NCBI RefSeq assembly: GCF_009914755.1
Contig: NC_060937.1
Source: the human T2T-CHM13v2.0 reference genome, Homo sapiens
DNA: 64,000 nt
Direction: 5' to 3' (one strand)
Shown: positions 26,110 through 41,470 of the stretch, in pieces
Layout of the letters: every line of letters starts with the position of its first letter
Numbering within the stretch: the stretch's first letter is position 1
Notes under the pieces: generated by a model
The model's database searches: none
The model's input: the letters and a program-made list of their open reading frames with translations, nothing else
What the model was told of the DNA's origin: nothing
Position numbers and translations under genes: made by a program

Positions 26110-26900
26110 GTTATTTAATATAATTTGTGTGATTTTTTTTAGTTGGTTCAGGCTAAATTCAGTCCCTGCTACTCCGTCTTAACCAGAAGTAGAGTTCAAC
26201 TATGTCTTCTTATAGATTAAATTCTCTAAATGTTGCTGGTAGGCAGAAATGCAATTAAAAAAAATACTGGTACATATTACTCAATATTTAAGCATGTCTT
26301 ATGTATCCTAAATGTTTTAAAGTATTTGTGGGTGTACTCTTTATATAATCTAGTCATCTAAATAATGACAGCTTTGTATGTTTTCTTTTTAATACTCATA
26401 CCTTTCACATTTACTTGTCTTTTGTGCTAATTTAATGTTGAACAGATGTAGTGGTAGTTAGTATTCTTCACTTGGATATGTCTTACTATTGACAGTGAAA
26501 TTTGTTGTGATTTTTTTTGGTAACTTTGGTTTTTATGGTTTTCTGCTGTTGTTACTTAGAGATTTGTCGACTTTAAAAATTTCCTTCCATTCTTATTTTA
26601 AGATTTTTATCAAGGATACATACTGAATTTTATCAAACACATTTCTTTCTTTTGAGCAGATCATACAGCTCTTCTCCACTGATCTGTAAAGATGGCAAAT
26701 GACATGAAGAGATTTTCTACTGTTGCACCAGCTTCAAATCAGCCCACCTGGGACGGGCTCTCCAACATATTTGATGGACTGCTAGGTTCCGTTGGCTGAG
26801 CCATGCACTCACATACGTGAGTGAAGCCAGCCTGTGCTTTTCATAAGGAGTTATACACTCTCACAGGTACCAAAGTGTTTGTTGAATCTACGAACATTTT
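26110..26900 (-). mobile_element. Highly diverged L1M fragments, antisense
   Basis: gtcatctaaataatgacagctttg, aatttccttccattc, tactgaattttatcaaa. Confidence 0.55.
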
Positions 26901-27799
26901 GAAGTAAAATCACAACCAAATTTGTGGTTTCCCTTTTCCTCAACACATGATGATCCTGCCATCTTTTGCTTTCTAGCCACAGTAAGAACATTTTTCACTT
27001 AGAAATGGGACAGATGAAGAAGGAATGAAGAGAGCACGGTTATGATGGAGGCGAGTGGTAAGGAAGAAGGTGAGGCAGGTGCTCCTGGAGGGAAGAGAAG
27101 GTGCTCCACAGAGCTCATCCCTCTGCAGGGCGAGAGGCAGGTGAAAAGGATGGGCACCCAGGACACGCAGGTGGAATAAGCAGGAGAAGGCAGAATTTGG
27201 TTTGTCCTCCTCTGGGCATGAAACCTCATTTGCAATGAGTCAAGTGAGGTTCAAATCCCTTTCTAGAGTTTTCCACAAAAAACCCAAACTCCATGTGATA
27301 AAAATCATGCATATTTTCCATTCCGGTTGACTCAAGCATAATAATACACCGACAACTATAAATGCCACTCTGTGAGGCTCAGATTTCAGCCGCCAGCCTC
27401 ATCCTCACCTTCTCACTGGGTGTCTGGGGAATCGCCTCTTTTCTGGTCTGTCCAGATTCCTTATCTCACCCCGTGCAGATCCTCTTGATCCTCCTGTGCT
27501 CCACACTAATCTTGTCTTAAGCTGGTCTGTGCAGGGATATTGCTTCCCTGTGTCAGGGACCTTGTTGCTATCTGCATAAAATTCTTGGCCTCTCCATCTG
27601 CAATTACTCAAAGTTCACATTAAGTACCACGTCTCTATCAATTACTAAAGAGGCTTTGCTCGCCTCTAATAAATTCTGCAGCACAGAACGTGCTTCTACT
27701 GCATTTGTGTGGTTCCGTAGCTTTCTCTTTCTTTTTGAGTCCTCTCTAATTTCTGGTCAAAGGTCTACATGTGATGATAATAATAATCACAATAATCAC

Positions 27800-27985
27800 G
27801 ATAACACTAAAAAGAAGTTAGCATTCATCCAATCTCATTATGTGCTGGACACTGCACTGGAACCTTATATACATCGTCTCTAATTTTCACAACCTAATGA
27901 GACCTAATTTTACAGATAAGAAAACTAAGCTCCCGGCACTGGCTGGCGGCAGGAGGGACGTAGGCGAAAGGCTTACCCCCAGGGC
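27800..27985 (-). mobile_element. MIR SINE, antisense
   Basis: tatgtgctggacactg..ctctaattttcacaacctaatgag..ttttacagataagaaaactaag. Confidence 0.7.
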
Positions 27986-28921
27986 TCTCCCACACAATCC
28001 TACCCGTCCTCTGTGCCTGCAGCAGTGCAGGGACCTCGGTTCTGGGCCATTTCACACCCGCTATCTCTCTGAGGTGGAGGAAAGGAGGTGGGAGAGAATT
28101 GCTGCAGGAAGAGGCGGCCACCACCCGCCACAGGGACTCGTGACACTGCAGAGGAGCAAAGGCTCCAGAGCGCAGCTCCCAGCACTGAGCCCTCACTGCT
28201 GGTGCACAGGGTGGTCTGGGCTCCCCTAGGAGCCACGGGAAGCACGAGCTCGTGGAGTCTGCATCATCCGAGGGCCGGAGCAGCTCTTACTTCATCTCCT
28301 TCGTATCTGCACGTCTAAGCCCACTTGAAAATAGTGTCGGCAGGTGGGATGGTGGAGCAGATGCGGGTTCTTGGAAGCAGATCCAAGACAGATGTGTGTG
28401 CAGGTGGTGTAGTGGGGAGTGCTGTCAGGAGTAACACCTGGAAGGATTCAGGGAAGCAGCATTGAAAGAGAGGAAGGTAAGCCAGGGTGCAAAGGCAAGA
28501 GGCTTCGGCAACCCCATGTGGAATCCCATGCCAGGACGGCCCTGTAGGCACATCCTGAATTGAGGGTTGAGAGCCGAGCCTGTGTGTCCTCCGAGCCGCT
28601 CCTGGGAAGGGCCACTTAGGTGAAGCAGCACCTGTCAACCAAAGGCACCTCCGGGGGAGGTCTTGGCTGGGAGCTCTCAGCAAGCAGCACCCCAGATTCT
28701 TCCCCCATGGGGCCAAAGGTTGCAACCACTGGCTCAGAGGGCAGAACTGTGATTCGCCGTACGCCCCAGGTACTTGTAAGTTTGGTGTTTATAGCTTCAA
28801 ATCTTTAAAAATATAGTTTTAATAGCAAGTGATGAAAAATGCACGTTACATTTAAAACAGCAAAATATAAAATAAAGATTTTTTTCTGGCAAGGAAGTCC
28901 AGGGAGTCATCAATGCAGATC

Positions 28922-29088
28922 CCTCCACTGCAGAGCACTCTGGCTCCCCACCCAGCCCCCAGGTGCAGAGAGTCATCCATTCAGGCCTCCACTGCAGAGC
29001 ACCCTGGCTCCCCACCCAGCCCCCAGGTGCAGAGAGTCATCCATTCAGGCCTCCACTGCAGAGCATCCTGGCTCCCCACCCAGCCCCC
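28922..29088. repeat. 64-bp tandem repeat x2.6
   Basis: cctccactgcagagca..ctggctccccacccagcccccaggtgcagagagtcatccattcagg at 28922, 28986 and 29050. Confidence 0.95.
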
Positions 29089-29807
29089 TACAAAGCAGGC
29101 CAGCACCTGCCAATTAGTGGTGTGCCTGCCCCTCATGAGCCAGGGACCACGGTGGCAATCACACCCAGCTGAGATCAAGGATTAGCAAATCAGCATGGCC
29201 CCAGACTGCAGACACTACTGAAGCACTGCAGGCACAAGCTCAGTAGCTGTGCTGTTTTCCTAGGTAAGTAGAGAGTGCAGACTCTCACTGCTGTTCACCC
29301 TTGCTCATCCATCAATATGGGCGATTAAGATGAGCGCTGATTCACCATGCCACCCCTATCAAACACCAGCAAATCAACACTCACATATCACCTCTCTTAG
29401 GATCTTCATGACTGCCTCCTCTTCTCTTAGAATACACTGTATTTCCTTACTGTTCTCCCAGAAGACTGGATTTTTTTAAAGTCAATCCAAACCCTGCCCT
29501 AAATGGGCACCTGCTTGGAAACAGCCCTGAGGAGGCACTGACTTGACCCCATCATCATCCCTGGAGCTGATTCTGCAGCTGCTGCCCTGGTTCCCAGTGC
29601 TCTGCATTGGAAACGCATTGTCGATGCTTTAACCAGCACTCACAGAGTGCAGGCAAGAGGCTTCCTTCCTTGCCTGGCACCTGTCCTGTCTGCTCTCAGT
29701 CTTACCTGAAGAAAAGTCACTTCCTTCACCCCGATTGACTGGCATAGCAGAAGCTGAGACCTTTACTGCAAGAACAGCATCCTCGGCTCCCAGTGGACCT
29801 TCCATGA

Positions 29808-29897
29808 CCTGAGGGCCACCCGGGAAACAAGTGACCCCATGAGGACAAGATCACAGGCCTGAGGGCCACCTGAGAAACAAGTGACCCTATGAGGACA
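29808..29897. repeat. Imperfect duplication with 50-bp period
   Basis: cctgagggccacc..gaaacaagtgaccc.atgaggaca at 29808 and 29858. Confidence 0.85.
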
Positions 29898-30674
29898 GAG
29901 CACAGAGGTCAGCACAGATGAAAACAGCCTGTATTTACCTGTCTTGAAATGCCCAGAAAGCCAAGCTGAAGAGCCGTGGAGAGTCCAAGCTGCCCTGGCC
30001 CCTGCAGCCGGGACTGGGGATTCCTGTCTTGCGCTGGTGCAATCATGCATTCGTAGCTTGGGGAGGCTGAGCTTCAAGCCTTCTCTGATTCTGCTTCACC
30101 TGGGCGGGAGAACGTGGGTTCACTTTTTTCTAAGTTTGCCCCGTATTTGATTTCTAATGGACTCAAAGGGAAATGTGTAGCCTTTGGGTAGCTCTCCTTG
30201 TCTCCTGGGCCATCAACTTAATCAATATCTATCTATTGGACACTCTGTGTGCAAGACACTAAAACCGGGTGAGAAGAAACAGATGAGGAAAAATGAGCCA
30301 CTAACACTTGGTCAAAACTCTGGTTCTTCAGAGCCCTAGACTTCCACATCTCCCTGTGAGATGCAAGGATTGGGTAGGGCTGAAGGACACAGCTGCAAAC
30401 AGAAGTGAATGAGTGATCAAAAGGTGGTCTGGGAGGACCCAGGGAGCTGTGAGCACCTTAGCTGCCCAGCTCCCTTTGTGACAACCCCTGAAATGAAGAC
30501 AGAATCATCCCAGCACTTATTACCAATGCTGTCCTGGGGCCCCAGGGAGGGCTCAGAACTTTGATACAGTCCTTTCTTCATGTTGTTTGTATCAATAACC
30601 ACATCACAATAGTAAATAAATGACCTGGACAGAAAGGTAGAACAAGAGGATTAGAGTTTTCAAGTGGAACTGGT

Positions 30675-31340
30675 ATCATTATCCAACGTTTAGAACAAAT
30701 TAATTCAAAATTCAGTAGCTTAGACAAGAAACACCTATTACCTCACCTGGCTTCTGTGGGCCAAGAGTCCAGAGAGGCCTAGATGGGTAGTTCCAGCTTG
30801 GTGTCCTTCAGTCACAATGTCAGCAGGCTGCATCATCTGAAAGCTTGACTGTGGCAGGAGGACCAGACCCCCATGACCCCTTCCACCTCCAGTGCTTGCC
30901 ATGTTGACCTCTCCGTGGGCTCCCTGGGCATCTTCGTGACAAGGTGAAAGTCTCGGTGCCTTTTAGGGCCTGGATTTGGAAGTAACACACCATCACTTCT
31001 GCTGTGTCTTATCAGTGCTGAAGAGAACTGTCAGGGAAGATTGCTGGGGCCATCCTGAAAGCCATCACAGTCTGGCCTCAGGCCCCAGTGATTCGCGTTC
31101 TTCCTACTCACGGAATACATGTGTCCCCTTCCACAGCCCAGTAAGCCTCATCCCTTCGCAGCTCAGCCCAAAGCCCAGAATTTCAGCACCTAGGTTAGGT
31201 CCGGCTGTGGGAGATGGGCCTGGTTTTGCTCTTTAATAAAGAGACAAGTTATCTGCTCAGCTTTAAACTCCCCAGCCACATCCAATATACAGTGGTGAGG
31301 TAAGCATAGGATGGCTCCTTAAGACATTCCTATTCTACAA
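30675..31340 (-). mobile_element. Old MLT1 LTR plus adjoining MLT1 internal sequence, antisense
   Basis: aacaaattaattcaaaattcagtagcttagacaa..ttctgtgggccaagagtccaga; ggaagtaacacaccatcacttctgctg; then MaLR-internal-like gacaagttatctgc..atacagtggtgagg..gacattcctattc. Confidence 0.6.
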
Positions 31341-33683
31341 CCGATTTTGAGTTAATTTTTGTATGAGGTATGTAGGTCAGGGTTCTTGTCTCTTTTTTTC
31401 ATGTTTGTTCAATTGTTTGAGCCTACAGTTTGACATAACTATTCTTTTCTGTACTGAATTGCCTTTATGACTTTGTTTAAAAAAAAAAAGCTGATCCTAC
31501 TGTGTGAATCAATTGATCTATGTGTCTGATCTTTCACAGAACCATACTGTCTTGATTATTGTAGTATTATAATAAATATTAAAACCAGGTTGTGTAAGCC
31601 TTCAACTTTATTCTTTTTCAAAATTGTTTTGGATACTCTCATTCCTCTACCTTTCATGTAAGTCTTAGAACCAACTTGTCAATATCTACAACATCTATCT
31701 CTATCTATCCATCTCTATCTCTCTATCCTTTATGTGTGTTCTCTCTATTAGTCGTCTGTCTCAACTTGGGCAGAACTGTTATTTTAGTAATATTGAAGCT
31801 TCCAATTCAGGAATACAATATATCTTTCCATTCTTTTAAGTTATCATTGGTTTCATTCATTAGCATTTTGTACTTTTAAGCACACATGTCCTCCACATTT
31901 TTTGCTGTACGTACATCTAAATATTTCTCTCTTTTTTGGTGCAATTGAAATAGTACTTTTAAAAAATCTCAATTCCAATTGTTCATTCAGAAATACAATT
32001 GATTTTTTCATATTAAATATGTATCCTGTGAACTTGCCAAACTCACTTATTAGTTATAGGAGCCACTAAGGTGCCTTTGGAGATATTCTGCATAGAAAAT
32101 AATGTAAGTCGCAAGTGTTTCTTTCCAACCTATATGCCTTTTGTTTTTTGGGTTTTTTGTTTGTTTGTGGGATTTGTGTATGGTTTTTTGTTTGTTTGTT
32201 TGTTTTTTGCCTGATTGCACTGAGACTTTCTGCACCATGTGGACTGGGAGCAGTGAAACCTGACATTCTTGTCTTGCTTCCCACCTTAGGAAGAAAGCTC
32301 TATCTTCCACCACCAAGTGTGGGGTCCAATGCAGTTTCCTGTAGCTGCCCTTTATTGAGATAAGAGACTTTTCTAAGGTTTTTGAGCATCTTTATTATAA
32401 ATGGACATTGAGACTTGTCACATGCTTTTTCTACATTAATTTTTAATGTTGAGATAGACTTGCATTTCTGGGATAAACCCCACTAAGTCATGGTGTATTA
32501 TCATTTTTACATATTGCTAGAGTTGATTTGCTAATGCTTTGTTGAGAACTTTTGCAACTATGTTCATGAGGGATATTTGTAAGAATCTCTTTTTTTAGAA
32601 TATCTTTGTGTAGTTTTTGTATAAAGGTAATATTTATTGAGCAGTGTTTTCTCTTCTTCTATTTTCTGGAAGAGATTTTGCAGAATTGGTATTATTTCTT
32701 TCTTAAATGCTGGTGGAATTCACCAGTAAAACAATCAAGGCCTGAAGTTTGCTAATTAGGAAGGTTGTAATTAAAAATTCAACTTCTTTAGTAGATATAG
32801 GACTATTCATGTTGCCTGTTTTTCTTGAATGGGCGTTAGTAATTTATGATTATCAAGAAATTAGTCCATTTTATCTGAACTGTCAACCCTACAGGCAGAT
32901 AGTCATTTGTGGTGTTCCTTTATTACCCTTTTCATGTCTGTAGGGTCTACAGTGATGCCCACTCTTTTATTTCTAACATTGGAAAATTGTGTCTTCTTTC
33001 TTTTTCTCATGGTTATTCTCACTAGAGTTTTATCAGTTTTATTATCTTGTTAGAGAAACAGCCTTTGGATTCATTGATTTTCTCTTCTGCTTTTCTGTTT
33101 TTAATTTGACTGCTTTAGTCTCTTACCTTTATTATTATATTCCTTTTACTTACTTTGGGTTTAATTTACTCTTCCTTAACTAGTTTCTATAGGGGAAAAT
33201 GTGATTATTGATTTAGGAGTTTTGTTATATTCTAATAAAACATTCCATGTTCTAGATTTCTAACACAACATTTTATGTCACAAATTTCCTTCTAAGCTCT
33301 GTTTTAGCTGCATCCTACAAAGTTTAATATGATGAATTTTTATTTTCATTCAGTTCACAATATTTTCACTAATTTCACTTGAGAATTACTAGTGATCCAT
33401 AAGTTATTTCAGAAGTGTGCTGTTTAATTTTCAAGTATTTGTGTATCATTCCAATAATATTCCATTATTGACTTCTATTTTATTTGTTATGTACCAAGAA
33501 CATGCTTTGAATGATTTCTTTTTTAAGTTTAGGCTTTACTTTATGCTCCAGAACATGGCCTATCTTTCAGAATGTTCCATGTGCACTTGAAAAACCAATG
33601 TGTATTTTGCTCTTTTGGGGTGGAAAGTTCTATATATGACAATTAGATCAAGTTTTTTGTGTTGTTTGCATCTTCTATATCCT
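31341..33683 (-). mobile_element. L1M (L1MC/MD-like) ORF2 region, antisense
   Basis: ttttgagttaatttttgtatgagg, ccatactgtcttgattattgtag, ttttctggaagagattttgcagaattggtattatttctt, aatgttccatgtgcacttgaaaa. Confidence 0.85.
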
Positions 33684-35337
33684 TCATTTTATGAAGCCAG
33701 CATCATCCTGATACCAAAACCAGGAAGAGACACAACAAAAAAAGAAAACTTCAAGCCAATATCCCTGATGAACATAGATATGAAAATAATTCTCAATAAA
33801 ATACTGGCAACCCAAATCCACCAGCACATCAAAAAACTTGTCCATCATGATCAAATTGGCTTCATCCCTGGGATGCAAGGCAGGTTCAACATACACAAAC
33901 CAATAAACGTAATCAGTCACATAAACAGAACCAAAGATAAAAACCACATGATTATCTCAATAGATGCAGAAAAGGACTTTGATAAAATTCAACATCCCTT
34001 CATGTTAAAAACCTCAATAAACTAGGTATTGATGGAACATATCTCAAAATAATAAGAGCTATTTATAACAAATCCACAGCCAATATCATAATGAATGGGC
34101 AAAAGCTGGAAACATTCCCTTTGAAAACCAGTACAAGACAAGGATGCCCTCTTTCTCCACTCCTATTCAAAATAGTATTGGAAGTTCTGGCCAGGGCAAT
34201 CAGGCAAGAGAAAGAAATAAAGCATATTCAAATAGGAAGAGAGGAAGTCAAATTGTCTCTGTCTGCAAACAACATGATTTTATATTTAGTAAAACCCCAT
34301 CATCTTAGCCCAAAAACTCCTTAAACCGATAAGCAACTTCAGCAAAGTATCAGGATACAAAATCAATGTGCAAAAATCACAAGCATTCCTTTACACCAAC
34401 AATAGACAAGCAGAGAGCCAAATCATGAATGAATGCCCATTCACAATCACTACAAAGAGAATAAAATACCTAGGAATACAGCTAACAAGGGACGTGAAAG
34501 ACCCCTTCAAGAAGAACTACAAACCACTGCTCAAGGAAATAAGAGAGGACACAAACAAATGGAAAAATATTACATCCTCATGAATAGAAAGAATCAATAT
34601 CATGAAAATGACCATACTGCCCAAAGTAATTTATAGATTCAATGCTATTCCCATCAAACTACCATTGACATTCTTCACAGAATTAGAAAAAAAAAAAACT
34701 ATTTTAAATTCCATAGGAATCAAAGAAGACCCCGTATAGCCAAGACAATCTTAAGCAAAAAGAACAAAGCTGGAGGCATCACGCTACCTGATTTCAAACT
34801 ATACAAGGCTACAGTAACCAAAACGGCATGGTACTGCTACCAAAACAGATATGTAGACCAATGGAGCAGAACAGAGACCTCAGAAAATACACCACACATC
34901 TACAACCATCTGATCTTCGACAAACCTGACAAAAACAAGCAATGGGGAAAGGATCTCCTATTCAGCAAATGGTGCTGGGAAAACTGGCTAGCCATATGCA
35001 GACTACTGAAACTGGATCCCTTCCTTACACTTTATACAAATATTAACTCAAGATGGATTAAAGACTTAAATGTAAAACCCAAAACCATGAAAACCCTAGA
35101 AGAAAACCTAGGTAATACCATTCAGGACATAGCATGGGCAAAGACTTCATAACAAAAAAGCCAAAAGCAATGGCAACAAAAGCCAAAATTGACAAATGGA
35201 ATCTGATTAAAATAAAGAGCTTCTGCACAGCAAAAGAAACTATTATCAGAGTGAACAGGCAACCTACAGAATGGGAGAAAATGTTTGCAATCTACCCATC
35301 TGAAAAAGGCCTAATATCTAGAATTTACAAGCAACTC
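33684..35337 (+). mobile_element. Primate L1PA internal ORF2 fragment (reverse-transcriptase region), disabled and truncated at both ends
   Basis: ORF track gives L1 ORF2p peptides [52 protein letters not shown] (FADD motif mutated) and [14 protein letters not shown]; split by frameshifts and stops; no 3'UTR or polyA. Confidence 0.95.
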
Positions 35338-37190
35338 CTTGCTGATTTTCACTTGAATCATCCTATCAATTACAGAGACAGATATAATGACATTTTCAAA
35401 TATAATTGTGAATTTGTCTATTTCTGTATTCAGTTGTATTTCTTTCACTTTATATATTTCGGAGCCCTCCTAGTTATTGACCCTGTTACCTTTATGCAAT
35501 ACCCCTCTTTATTTCTGGTAATTTTCCATGTTCTAAAGTCTACATTGTCTGATATTAATACAAGCAATCAAATTTCTTTTCAATAGTGTTTGCATTGTAC
35601 ATCTACTTTTATTCTTCTACTTTTAACCTATGTCAGCATATTTAAAGTTGTTTTCTTATAAACAACATACAGCTGAGTCTTTGTTTTTAGCCCAATCTGA
35701 CATACTCCATTATTTAATAGGCGAGTTAAGACCATTTATATTTCATGTAATCATTGATTTGTTTGTATTTAGGTCTACTATATTAAGATTTGTTTTTTAT
35801 TCGTTCCCTCAGTTTTGATATCTCTGTTCCTATTTTCTTGCTTTCTTCTTAATTATTTGGATTGCTTTAGTATTGTATTTTTCTGTTATCTTTTTTGTTA
35901 TGGCTTCTTGTTTGTCTTTTGTTTGTTTGTTTTTCTTTGTTTTTTTAGTAATCGCTCTTGTGATTACTTACTCTTGTGATTATAGACAAATATCCCTCAT
36001 AAACATAGTTGCAAAAGAAGTCCTCAACAAAGCATTAGCAAATCAACTCTAGCAATATGTAAAAATGATAATACACCATGACTTAACATTTACCTAAAAT
36101 TTTAGTCTAATTATATTTAATATTTTACCACTTTATTCAAAATATGGAAGGTTTACAAACATGTAGCTCTGCTTGTTCTCCCCTTTTATTTTATAGCTTC
36201 ATAAATATTATCTATCATTATTGAATACCACCTAGTAAATGTTATAATTTTTGCTTTCAGAGTGATGTTTAAGAGGGAAACAAGAATAGCTTGATATATT
36301 TACTCATATGTTTGCCTTCTCTCACTCTTCTTACTTTTTGAAGTTCCAGGATTCCTTTTGATATCATTTCTCTTCAGCGTCAATAATTTCATTTAGTATT
36401 TTCTCAAGAGCAGTTCTGCTTATGAGTTCTTTTTGTTTTCATTTATCTGAGAATGTCCTTATTTTGCTACCATTCTTCTGCATATTTTCACTGGTATAGA
36501 ATTTTTGGTTGGCCATCATCTTTCAGCATTTTAAGGATATTGTTCCACTGTCTTCCAGGTTCCATGGTTTCTGATAAGAAATTTAAGTTGTTCAAATTAT
36601 TATTTCCTGCATGTAATGCAGTGCTTTTCTTTGCCTGCTTTCATGATGTTTATTTATCTTTTATTTTTAGTACTTCGACTATAATGTGCTTTGGTGTGAT
36701 TTCCTTTGAGTTTATTCTGTATGGGGCTCTCTGATCTTCTTCAATCTGTACATCTGTCTTTCAGTTCAGCATGTCTGGCCATACTTTCTTCAAATTCCAC
36801 ACCAATCTCTTTCTTCTGTCTCTTTAGGACTCTACTGTCGTAAATGTTAAGCTTTTGATATTTCCTCACAGGTCTATTTATTTTCTATTCAATCCTTTTT
36901 TCTCTGTTTTTTTAGATTGAATAATTTCTATGATTTAATCTTCAAGTTCACAGACTGTAAGTTCCATGACCTCCATTGTGCTATTGAGCCCCTCCAGTGA
37001 TTTTTTTTTAATTTCAGAGATTGTATTTTTCAGTTCTAACATTTCCATTTGGTTGTATTTTATAGTTCTATTTCTCTGATGAGGCTTTTCTGTCATATCA
37101 AGAATGTTTGCCTTTACCTCAGGATACATGATTAAAGTAGGTTCTTTCAGTTCTTTCCCTGATAATCTCAACATCTTCCTCATTCTGGTT
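35338..37190 (-). mobile_element. L1M continuation (ORF2 5' end, spacer, ORF1), antisense
   Basis: Host L1M resumes at ccttgctgattttc; minus ORF 36935..37183 encodes an ORF1p coiled-coil-like remnant (NQMEMLELKNTISEIKK..LEGLNS..ELED). Confidence 0.8.
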
Positions 37191-37279
37191 TGAAAACTAT
37201 CAACACTACATTTCCTTCAGAATTGAGAGGTCCTATGGGGAGATAACTTACTACAAATCCAAATTTATAATTGACATAG

Positions 37280-38900
<1,621 letters not shown>

Positions 38901-39206
38901 CAGTAGTTGCCTCTTATTGGAAGTGTTCATTTCTGTAGTTTCAGTTCCCTGCAGTCGACCATGATCTGAAAATAGGTGCATACAGTACAATAAGATATTT
39001 TGAGAGAGAGAAATCACACACACATCACTTTTATTATTGTATATTGTTATATTAGTTACTGTTGCTAATTTCTTACTGTTCCCAACTTATAAATTAAGCT
39101 TCATTATAGGTGTGTGTGTATACAGAAAAAATATCATATATCTAGGGCTTGGTACTATCCACTGGGGGTCTTGGAACGTCTTCGCCACAGGTAAGGGGAA
39201 CCACTG
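38901..39206. mobile_element. Tigger-derived MITE (MER44A-like)
   Basis: Terminal inverted repeats cagtagttgcctctta / taaggggaaccactg; internal tacagtacaataagatattttgagagagaga and acttataaattaagcttcattataggt. Confidence 0.75.
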
Positions 39207-39457
39207 CATTTGTTTCCTATTCATTCTTTCTGGGTTTTGTTGTTGTTATTCCTTTCTTACGTGCTTTCTTTGGGTTGTTTAAACTCTTCTCATGGGAACT
39301 TCAGCGAGGCTTTAAGTCATCTGGATAGCCCAGAAAATAAAATAATCTTGGATTGCTAACTCCATTTGGTGCCTGGAAAAAGGAAGAGAAAATTATCTCT
39401 GGAGGAAGATAACATTATATAAGGCCTCAAAGTATTTCTGCAAATACATATATGGCA

Positions 39458-39492
39458 TACACACACACAGATATATATATATATATATATAT
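39458..39492. repeat. (CA)n-(TA)n microsatellite
   Basis: tacacacacacagatatatatatatatatatatat. Confidence 0.9.
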
Positions 39493-41470
39493 GAAAAATA
39501 TATGCTAATCAACATCAGATAACAGCAGTGAAAATAATATTCATGACACGAGCAGAATGGGCACCTCATCCCCCACCTTCCTTCTCGCTTAACTGGATTT
39601 CAAAGTCAGAGCCTCCTCAGGACCCCAGATTAGTGTCACCTAAACCACCTCAGGTACATCAGCTGCAAGAAGACTTGGAGGACAGAGTTTAGGTTTCACG
39701 TCCCTGAGCTTCTGAACGGTTCCTGAAAAGGAGTTGGTGTGGACACAGCACAGCCTCCTGTTGCCCCCAGCACATCCCTCGTCTCCTAGCAGATGAGGCC
39801 TCCAGATAACCCCACTCCGCTCCCTGTAATGATGGAATGGTCCAGGGTGTATACTTTAAAACACACCTGGACCAGATCAACACTTCCTCATAGCAGGAAA
39901 ATAAGGACGCGAATGCAATCCTGTGACCAGAAAGAGTGCACTCTATCTGGGAAAGACGCTAAGTTTAAAAAAGCTCCAGTTTACACAAAAGATCTGATTG
40001 TTATGATAAGCATATGATGAAAAGTGGCTCACCCTAATGGAAAGTGGCTCAGTTTGAATTAACTCGTACAGCCAGGTCCCATGTCCCGATGGAGAGTTCG
40101 CTGCAGATGGAAGCTAGAAGTCAACATTTTCCATGCACGGAAGTCTCTTGGGCACCAAAGGTCTAGAACCCCTCCCCGCTGCTTCTAGTGCCCACAGGGC
40201 TCCCTACCATCATTGTGAAATCAGGAAGTTGATTGTGAGTGTGCCTGCAGGTCCTTTCTTGTCCGGTGCAGGGATACTTTTTCTCGTGATGACAGAGAGC
40301 AAGCGCCTGCAGCTGCGTGTCCACCACACGCCTGGCCTGTCTCAGAGGCGTGGGCTGCAGGCACTTCACAGGCATTGCTTGTGTCATGGCAGCAACTTCA
40401 GATCAGGCTTTTGAACAGGAGTCTGTCATTCTGGTGGGCCATGGAGTGAGTCAGTAGCTGTTACTCATTAAACAAAAGGAATCTTCTGTGAGCTGACGGC
40501 TTCTTCAGAGTCGGATGGAGGGGCTGCTGTGGAGATCAGGCGCATCCTGACAGGCTGGTTCTGGTAGGCACGAAAGGTTCAGAAGAAAGAATTTCAAAAG
40601 ATAAAAATGCCCCCAGCAGAAACAATGAATAGCAAGCACACGCGTGCCACCCCACACGCGGAAGTCACACAAAGCTGATCGGGTTTCGTGTGCTCCTCGT
40701 GTTCCACGGAGCACCTCATCTGGAGTGGGCAGGTGGCTCCCTCGGGTCTCTCTCCTTCTGATGATAAACCCCCCAGAGCGGGGGTACAGCTCTTTACCGC
40801 TTCCTTTGCAAGTCTACGTGGCATTTACGAGTCAACCCAGTCATAAAGCAAGTAAGTCTCCAACCTCCGGTGTCTAGTCACAGTTAACCGTTTCAGCCTC
40901 TCTAGGCTGTGGCCATAGCCATGGGCTCACTGATGGTGGTTAATATTAACAACCCGTATTTCCATAGAGGTTTGCGGTAGGTAAAGTTTCATCCTCATCT
41001 CCATGGTAGGTTATTATTGTCAATACAGGGAAACAGGCCCTGAGAGATTCAGTCAACTGCCCAAGTCAGTGGTCTGAATGAGTGGTAACTGGTTTCTGTC
41101 TCTCTCAGTTCAGAGCTCTCAGCGGTGCCCCACCGGGTCCCCTCTGTCCTGAGCAGAGGCCACACATCCCACGTCTGTGGCCGTGTCATTCTTGGGGTGG
41201 AAATTTTGGAACTTGTAACACTACATGGTCACTTGGCTATATTTACTGAAATTGATTGTTGTTAAGTCTACTTCAATCCAGATCATAACTCAGATATATC
41301 AGAGGTATCATTCAGATATTATCCAAATTATAATAATTATACCAAATTATAATTTTAATAAAGTGGTAAAATCTTTACTAATAAAACATAAAGTCCAGTG
41401 CAGGAGACATTGCTGTGTCATGGTCCCTAAATATCAGAAATTTGGATTTTTTTTTAAAGTCCTATTTTTA

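Noticed and set aside
33600-35586. Functional reverse transcriptase gene
   Set aside because: Fragmented L1 ORF2 with frameshifts and stops, catalytic FADD changed to SANN, and no endonuclease domain or promoter.
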